From the IMG/VR virus record IMGVR_UViG_2706794670_000003: a DNA stretch of 4,552 nucleotides; one strand, written 5' to 3'. A model generated the notes under the pieces. That model saw nothing but the letters and a program-made list of their open reading frames with translations. It had not been told where the DNA came from and searched no databases. The stretch's first letter is position 1. Every line of letters starts with the position of its first letter. Position numbers and translations under genes: made by a program. Origin of the DNA: a virus (Duplodnaviria; Heunggongvirae; Uroviricota; Caudoviricetes). This document shows positions 1 through 4,552 of this stretch, in pieces.

Positions 1-184
1 CGTTTACAACGTGGGTGCTGGCAATTTCAGAACATCGACGCTTCTTCGCAAAATAAACCAGGGCGATATCAAAGGCGCATGTGACCAGCTACGTCGCTGG
101 ACATATGCTGGCGGTAAGCAATGGAAAGGGCTGATGACCCGTCGTGAGATTGAGCGTGAAGTCTGTTTGTGGGGGCAGCAATGA
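1..184 (+). CDS. R: Phage endolysin (T4-lysozyme-like, GH24 muramidase), C-terminal fragment; 5' end lies outside the window
   Basis: Frame 2 is open from the window edge to TGA at 182-184 and translates ...[60 protein letters not shown]. From memory this matches the C-terminus of P21/DLP12 (RrrD)-type lambdoid lysozymes. Its stop overlaps the Rz start (ATGA at 181-184), the usual lysis-cassette arrangement. Confidence 0.8.
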
Positions 185-645
185 GCAGAGTCACCGCGAT
201 TATCTCCGCTCTGGTTATCTGCATCATCGTCTGCCTGTCATGGGCTGTTAATCATTACCGTGATAACGCCATTACCTACAAAGAGCAGCGCGACAAAAAC
301 GCAAGAGAACTGAAGCTGGCGAACGCAACCATTACTGACATGCAGCAGAGACAGCGTGATGTTAATGCACTCGATGCTAAATACACGAAGGAGTTAGCTG
401 ATGCGAAAGCTGAAAATGAAACTCTGCGCGCTGATGTTGCCGCTGGTCGTCGTCGGTTGCACATCAAAGCAGTCTGTCAGTCAGTGCGTGAAGCCACCAC
501 CGCCTCCGGCGTGGATAATGCAACCAGCCCCCGACTGGCAGACACCGCTGAACGGGATTATTTCACCCTCAGAGAGCGGCTGATGACGATGCAGATGCAA
601 CTGGAAGGGGCACAGGAGTATATCCGCACTCAGTGCATTAAGTAG
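181..645 (+). CDS. Rz: Rz inner-membrane spanin (i-spanin)
   Basis: ATG at 181 gives [61 protein letters not shown]...QCIK, with an N-terminal TM segment followed by a charged coiled-coil-like periplasmic domain. It is near-collinear with lambda Rz as I recall it. The ORF track's GTG at 169 is a possible alternative start; the ATG is preferred by analogy with lambda. G-rich SD-like run at 171-175. Confidence 0.9.
387..393 (+). promoter_or_regulatory. Shine-Dalgarno sequence for Rz1 (GAAGGAG), internal to Rz
   Basis: GAAGGAG lies 7 nt upstream of the Rz1 ATG at 401. Confidence 0.6.
401..583 (+). CDS. Rz1: Rz1 outer-membrane lipoprotein spanin (o-spanin), embedded in the +1 frame of Rz
   Basis: ATG at 401 preceded by GAAGGAG (387-393). 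Product [60 protein letters not shown] has a lipoprotein signal with lipobox LVVVGC and a proline-rich mature part, closely resembling lambda Rz1. It lies entirely inside Rz. Confidence 0.85.
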   Translation: MRKLKMKLCALMLPLVVVGCTSKQSVSQCVKPPPPPAWIMQPAPDWQTPLNGIISPSESG

Positions 646-687
646 CCTTTTTATCGTGGTAAACATTTCGCAGGGTATGAGGTATTT

Positions 688-989
688 ATGCCATCACTAA
701 TCCCACGTGCCTGCCGTAAGCGTGGATGTGCAGGTACAACCACAGACAGTTCGGGTTACTGCGATAAACATCGCGGTGAAGGCTGGGTGCAGCACCAGCG
801 CGGACTGAGCCGCCACCAGCGTGGCTATGGCTCAAAATGGACGGTGATTCGTGCCCGTATTCTGAAGCGCGATAAAGGTCTGTGTCAGTTGTGTCTGCGT
901 GTCGGTGTGGTGAGCGAGGCGAAAACCGTCGACCACATCATCCCGAAAGCGCATGGCGGAACAGACGCAGACAGCAACCTGCAGAGTCT
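688..989 (+). CDS. HNH endonuclease (visible part only; 3' end runs into the masked block 990-1070)
   Basis: ATG at 688 with GAGG at 679-682. Product MPSLIPRACRKRGCAGTTTDSSGYCDKHRGEGW...CQLCLRVGVVSEAKTVDHIIPKAHGGTDADSNLQS carries a CxxC plus DHIIP..GG..D..NLQ HNH signature, with a Cys-rich N-terminal region. Position immediately upstream of the terminase genes is as in HK97 gp74-type packaging HNH proteins. Confidence 0.8.
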
Positions 990-1070
990 NNNNNNNNNNN
1001 NNNNNNNNNNNNNNNNNNNNNNNNNNNNNNNNNNNNNNNNNNNNNNNNNNNNNNNNNNNNNNNNNNNNNN

Positions 1071-1415
1071 AGCGAGCCCTGAACAAAGATGAACCTGTTT
1101 TTACGCCCATCAAAGGTGTTGAGCCACCAGAGTGGTTCGCTGAAGAAGATCTCCCTCTCGCCACGATCATGTGGCAACTGACAACCAAAGAACTCTGCGG
1201 TCAGGGCCTGCTGTGCGTGACTGACCTGGCGGTACTTGAGCGGTGGTGCGTGGCCTATGAGTTCTGGCGACGTGCCGTGAAAAATATTGCCATACAGGGC
1301 AACACCATCACCGGTGCAATGGGCGGCAGGGTCAAAAATCCGGAGCTGACCGCCAAAAAAGAACAGGAGTCCGAGATGAGCAGCACGGGGGCAATGCTCG
1401 GACTCGACCCCAGCA
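1071..1415 (+). CDS. Terminase small subunit, P27-like family (internal fragment; both ends fall in masked blocks)
   Basis: Frame 2 between the N blocks translates RALNKDEPVFTPIKGVEPPEWFAEEDLPLATIMWQLTTKELCGQGLLCVTDLAVLERWCVAYEFWRRAVKNIAIQGNTITGAMGGRVKNPELTAKKEQESEMSSTGAMLGLDPS with no stops. The pattern resembles P27-family small terminases and sits directly upstream of the large terminase. Confidence 0.7.
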
Positions 1416-1563
1416 NNNNNNNNNNNNNNNNNNNNNNNNNNNNNNNNNNNNNNNNNNNNNNNNNNNNNNNNNNNNNNNNNNNNNNNNNNNNNNNNNNNNN
1501 NNNNNNNNNNNNNNNNNNNNNNNNNNNNNNNNNNNNNNNNNNNNNNNNNNNNNNNNNNNNNNN

Positions 1564-3121
1564 ACGGGCCGCGAAATTTATTCAGCTGTTGCCGCACACC
1601 AAGGGGGAGTGGGCATTCAAACGGATGCCCATCACGCTGGAGCCGTGGCAGCTATTTGTGATCTGCTGTGCGTTTGGCTGGGTCAATAAAGGCACCCGGT
1701 TGCGCCGCTTCCGGGAGGTGTACACCGAAATCCCCCGTAAGAACGGCAAATCAGCAATCTCTGCCGGTGTTGCCCTGTATTGTTTTGCCTGTGATAACGA
1801 GTTTGGCGCGGAAGTGTATTCCGGTGCCACGACAGAGAAACAGGCGTGGGAAGTCTTTCGCCCGGCGCGACTGATGTGTAAACGCACACCCATGCTGACG
1901 GAAGCGTTCGGGATTGAGGTTAACGCCTCAAACATGAACCGTCCGGAGGATGGCGCGCGGTTTGAACCGCTGATCGGCAACCCAGGTGATGGTTCATCAC
2001 CCCACTGTGCCGTGGTTGATGAATATCACGAGCATGCCACCGATGCGCTTTATACCACAATGCTTACCGGGATGGGGGCGCGACGTCAGCCACTGATGTG
2101 GGCCATCACCACCGCCGGGTACAACATTGAGGGGCCGTGCTACGACAAGCGGCGGGAAGTCATCGAGATGCTCAACGGCTCGGTGCCTAACGATGAACTG
2201 TTCGGGATCATCTATACCGTTGATGAAGGTGACGACTGGACCGGCCCGCAGGTGCTGGAAAAAGCCAATCCAAATATTGGCGTGTCGGTTTATCGCGAAT
2301 TTTTGTTAAGTCAGCAGCAGCGTGCGAAAAATAACGCCCGTCTGGCAAACGTCTTTAAAACAAAACACCTCAATATCTGGGTGTCGGCGCGTTCGGCGTA
2401 TTTCAACTTGGTGAGCTGGCAGAGCTGCGAGGATAAATCACTGACCCTTGAGCAGTTCGAGGGGCAGCCGTGCATTCTGGCCTTTGACCTGGCGCGTAAG
2501 CTGGATATGAACAGCATGGCGCGACTTTATACCCGCGAGATTGACGGTAAAACGCATTACTACAGTGTGGCCCCGCGTTTCTGGGTACCGTATGACACGG
2601 TGTACAGCGTCGAGAAAAATGAAGATCGACGGACAGCCGAACGCTTTCAGAAATGGGTGGAAATGGGCGTTCTGACCGTTACCGATGGTGCGGAGGTGGA
2701 TTATCGCTACATCCTCGAGGAGGCCAAAGCGGCGAACAAAATCAGCCCGGTCAGTGAGTCACCCATCGACCCCTTCGGGGCGACCGGGTTGTCACATGAC
2801 CTTGCTGATGAAGACCTGAATCCCGTCACTATCGTCCAGAACTTCACCAATATGTCCGATCCGATGAAAGAGCTGGAAGCAGCGATTGAATCGGGACGTT
2901 TTCATCATGACGGCAATCCCATCATGACCTGGTGTATCGGCAACGTGGTCGGCAAAAACATGCCGGGTAACGATGATGTGGTGAAACCCGTCAAAGAGCA
3001 GGCGGAAAACAAAATCGATGGTGCAGTTGCGCTGATTATGGCGGTTGGCAGAGCCATGCTGTACGAGAAAGAAGACACGCTGTCTGACCACATTGAGTCC
3101 TACGGGATCCGCTCGCTTTAA
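1564..3121 (+). CDS. Terminase large subunit (Terminase_1/HK97-like); N-terminus hidden in masked block 1416-1563
   Basis: Frame 2 is open from the mask to TAA at 3119-3121 (about 519 visible codons). P-loop-like RKNGKS at 1736-1753; Walker-B-like VVDEYHEH at 2012-2035; C-terminal nuclease-domain signatures [11 protein letters not shown] and [15 protein letters not shown]. Gene order TerS-TerL-portal. Confidence 0.9.
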
Positions 3122-3132
3122 CTGAGGTAATT

Positions 3133-3315
3133 ATGATCATGCTGATTCTCGCGCCTCTGGTGGGCGTGCTGGGTGCGCTTTTGCTGGCGTATGGTGCCTG
3201 GCTGATTTATCCCCCGGCGGGTTTTGTTGTTGCCGGGGCGCTGTGCCTGTTCTGGTCGTGGCTGGTGGCGCGATATCTCGACCGTACACGGCAGTCTGTC
3301 GGCGGAGGTAAATAG
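3133..3315 (+). CDS. Small hypothetical membrane protein (60 aa, two predicted TM helices)
   Basis: ATG at 3133 with GAGG at 3123-3126, 11 nt after the TerL stop. Product [60 protein letters not shown] has two hydrophobic stretches separated by PPAG and a basic C-tail. Its TAG stop (3313-3315) overlaps the GTG start of the portal reading frame. No family recognised. Confidence 0.5.
   Translation: MIMLILAPLVGVLGALLLAYGAWLIYPPAGFVVAGALCLFWSWLVARYLDRTRQSVGGGK
3304..3308 (+). promoter_or_regulatory. Shine-Dalgarno sequence (GGAGG) for the frame-3 portal start at GTG 3315
   Basis: GGAGG followed by a 6-nt spacer and GTG at 3315. A frame-3 stop (TAA 3309-3311) sits immediately upstream, so GTG 3315 is the first possible start of that frame. 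Confidence 0.55.
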
Positions 3316-4471
3316 TGTTCTTTTCGGGATTATTTCAACGAAAAAGCGATGTGCCGGTGACCACGCCAGCAGAACTGCTGATGCTATCGGGCTGTCATAC
3401 GACACCTATACCGGAAAGCGGATCAGTAGCCAGCGGGCCATGCGCCTGACGGCGGTCTATTCTTGCGTCAGGGTGCTGGCAGAGTCTGTTGGTATGCTGC
3501 CCTGCAGTCTCTACAAAATCAGCGGTACCCTGAAAACACGGGCGGTGGATGAACGACTGCATAAGTTGGTTTCGGCAAAACCTAATGGCTACATGACACC
3601 GCAGGAATTCTGGGAGCTGGTTATTGTCTGCCTGTGTCTACGGGGGAATTTTTACGCCTACAAGGTAAAGGCACTGGGAGAAGTGGTGGAGCTTCTTCCG
3701 ATAGATCCGGGCTGTGTGGAACCGAAGCTGAACAGCCAGTGGCAGCCGGTTTATCAGGTGACGTTTCCGGATGGTTCCGTGGATGTGTTGACCCAGAATG
3801 AAATCTGGCATGTGCGCACCCTGACGCTGGATGGACTTGTCGGGCTGAATCCCATTGCGTATGCGCGTGAGGCCATTTCACTGGCAGCGGCAACCGAGGA
3901 GCACGGTGCCAGGTTGTTTAGTAATGGTGCGGTGACATCCGGTGTGTTGCGTACGGAACAAAAGCTCACGCCGGATGCTTACGAGCGTCTGAAGAAAGAT
4001 TTTGAGGAGTGTCACACGGGGCTTGGCAATGCTCACCGCCCGATGATTCTGGAAATGGGGCTGGACTGGAAGTCGATGGCGCTGAACGCCGAGGACAGTC
4101 AGTTCCTGGAAACCCGCAAGTTTCAGCTGGAAGAAATCTGTCGTCTGTTCCGGGTGCCGTTGCACATGGTGCAGAACACCGATCGCGCCACCTTCAACAA
4201 TATCGAAGAGCTGGGGCTGGGATTTATCAACTATTCACTGGTGCCGTATCTGACCCGCATCGAACAGCGGATCAACACCGGACTGGTACGAAAAAGTAAG
4301 CAGGGCGTTTATTACGCCAAATTTAACGCCGGGGCGTTACTGCGCGGGGATATGAAGTCCCGTTTTGAAGCCTACGCCACCGGGATCAACTGGGGAATTT
4401 ACTCTTCCAATGACTGCCGCGACCTGGAAGATATGAATCCGCGTCCCGGTGGTGTAATGCCGATCAGTTAA
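3315..4471 (+). CDS. Phage portal protein, HK97 family, with an apparent frameshift near 3415-3425 (possible pseudogene or sequencing error)
   Basis: Frame 2 from about 3420 to TAA at 4469-4471 translates ...ISSQRAMRLTAVYSCVRVLAESVGMLPCSLYKISGTLKTRAVDERLHKLVSAKPNGYMTPQEFWELV...GINWGIYSSNDCRDLEDMNPRPGGVMPIS, which looks portal-like and follows TerL. The best translation start is GTG at 3315 in frame 3, with GGAGG at 3304-3308 and a 6-nt spacer; it gives [36 protein letters not shown]... before hitting TGA at 3447-3449. The frame-2 ORF start at 3224 in the track overlaps the upstream gene with an implausible Cys/Trp/Arg-rich peptide. Confidence 0.8.
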
Positions 4472-4503
4472 GGATCAGTTGACCGATCCAGTGGCTGTGT
4501 AAG

Positions 4504-4538
4504 AATCCGGAAACGCTCACTTGTTTCCGGATTTTTTT
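4504..4538 (+). terminator. Rho-independent (intrinsic) terminator
   Basis: Perfect 11-bp inverted repeat AATCCGGAAAC (4504-4514) / GTTTCCGGATT (4523-4533) with an 8-nt loop GCTCACTT, running into a T7 run at 4532-4538. Located 33 nt after the portal stop. Confidence 0.8.
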
Positions 4539-4552
4539 ATGCACATTGGACA

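Noticed and set aside
276-666. Antisense ORFs 276-467 (-) and 481-666 (-) within Rz
   Set aside because: They are embedded opposite the strongly supported Rz/Rz1 genes, and their translations are Cys/Arg-rich and not protein-like.
646-687. Possible promoter or moron (e.g. bor) in the Rz-HNH intergenic region
   Set aside because: Only 42 nt, with no convincing -35/-10 pair and no room for a gene; consistent with simple operon continuation.
938-1980. Antisense ORFs 938-1597 (-) and 1582-1980 (-)
   Set aside because: The first is open largely because of the N run; the second lies fully antisense to the well-supported large terminase gene. Both have low-complexity Arg/Ser/Pro-rich translations and no RBS.
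953-3121. Single 722-aa + strand ORF in the supplied track
   Set aside because: It is an artefact of N runs being translated as X. It fuses a spurious overlap with the HNH gene (MAEQTQTATCRV), the small terminase and the large terminase, which happen to share a frame across the masks.
3405-3430. Programmed -1 ribosomal frameshift in the portal gene
   Set aside because: No canonical X_XXY_YYZ slippery heptamer and no obvious downstream pseudoknot at the frame junction. Portal genes are not known to use recoding. An indel or sequencing error is more parsimonious.
3224-3440. Portal start at ATG 3224 as given by the ORF track
   Set aside because: This extension overlaps the upstream membrane ORF in another frame, encodes a Cys/Trp/Arg-rich peptide ([17 protein letters not shown]...) that does not look protein-like, and has no RBS. 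GTG 3315 in frame 3 with GGAGG upstream is a much better start.
2311-4299. Other short ORFs inside TerL and portal on either strand (2127-2309 +, 2311-2517 -, 2792-3091 -, 2905-3093 -, 3118-3405 -, 3621-3893 -, 3754-3969 -, 3878-4165 -, 4009-4299 +)
   Set aside because: All are out-of-frame or antisense overlaps of long, motif-supported genes. They have biased composition (Arg/Cys/His-rich) and no start context, which is typical of spurious ORFs in GC-rich coding DNA.
4472-4488. Short inverted repeat GGATC(N7)GATCC just after the portal stop
   Set aside because: Only a 5-bp stem with no T-tract; most likely chance. The real terminator is the 11-bp hairpin at 4504-4538.
1-4552. CRISPR array, tRNA/ncRNA, toxin-antitoxin or anti-phage defence cassette
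   Set aside because: No direct-repeat/spacer structure, no tRNA-like cloverleaf, and no defence-like domains seen. Every substantial ORF is accounted for by lysis or packaging functions except the 60-aa membrane ORF.

Overview
This window reads as the late-gene junction of a lambdoid/HK97-like prophage from an enterobacterial host, with all genes on the + strand and tightly packed. In order: the 3' end of an endolysin gene, the Rz/Rz1 spanin pair (Rz1 embedded in the +1 frame of Rz), an HNH endonuclease, a P27-family small terminase, a large terminase, a 60-aa two-helix membrane ORF, an HK97-family portal gene, and a strong intrinsic terminator. Two runs of N (990-1070 and 1416-1563) mask the HNH/TerS and TerS/TerL junctions. 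The 722-aa ORF 953-3121 in the supplied track is an artefact of translating N as X and is really three genes. I do not see a clearly novel system (no CRISPR array, no defence-like or toxin-antitoxin cassette). The points most worth follow-up are an apparent frameshift near the portal 5' end, the small uncharacterised membrane ORF translationally coupled to portal, the terminator directly after portal, and the content of the masked blocks (a cos site is expected near the first). All family assignments rest on my reading of the translations and recalled motifs; no database search was run.
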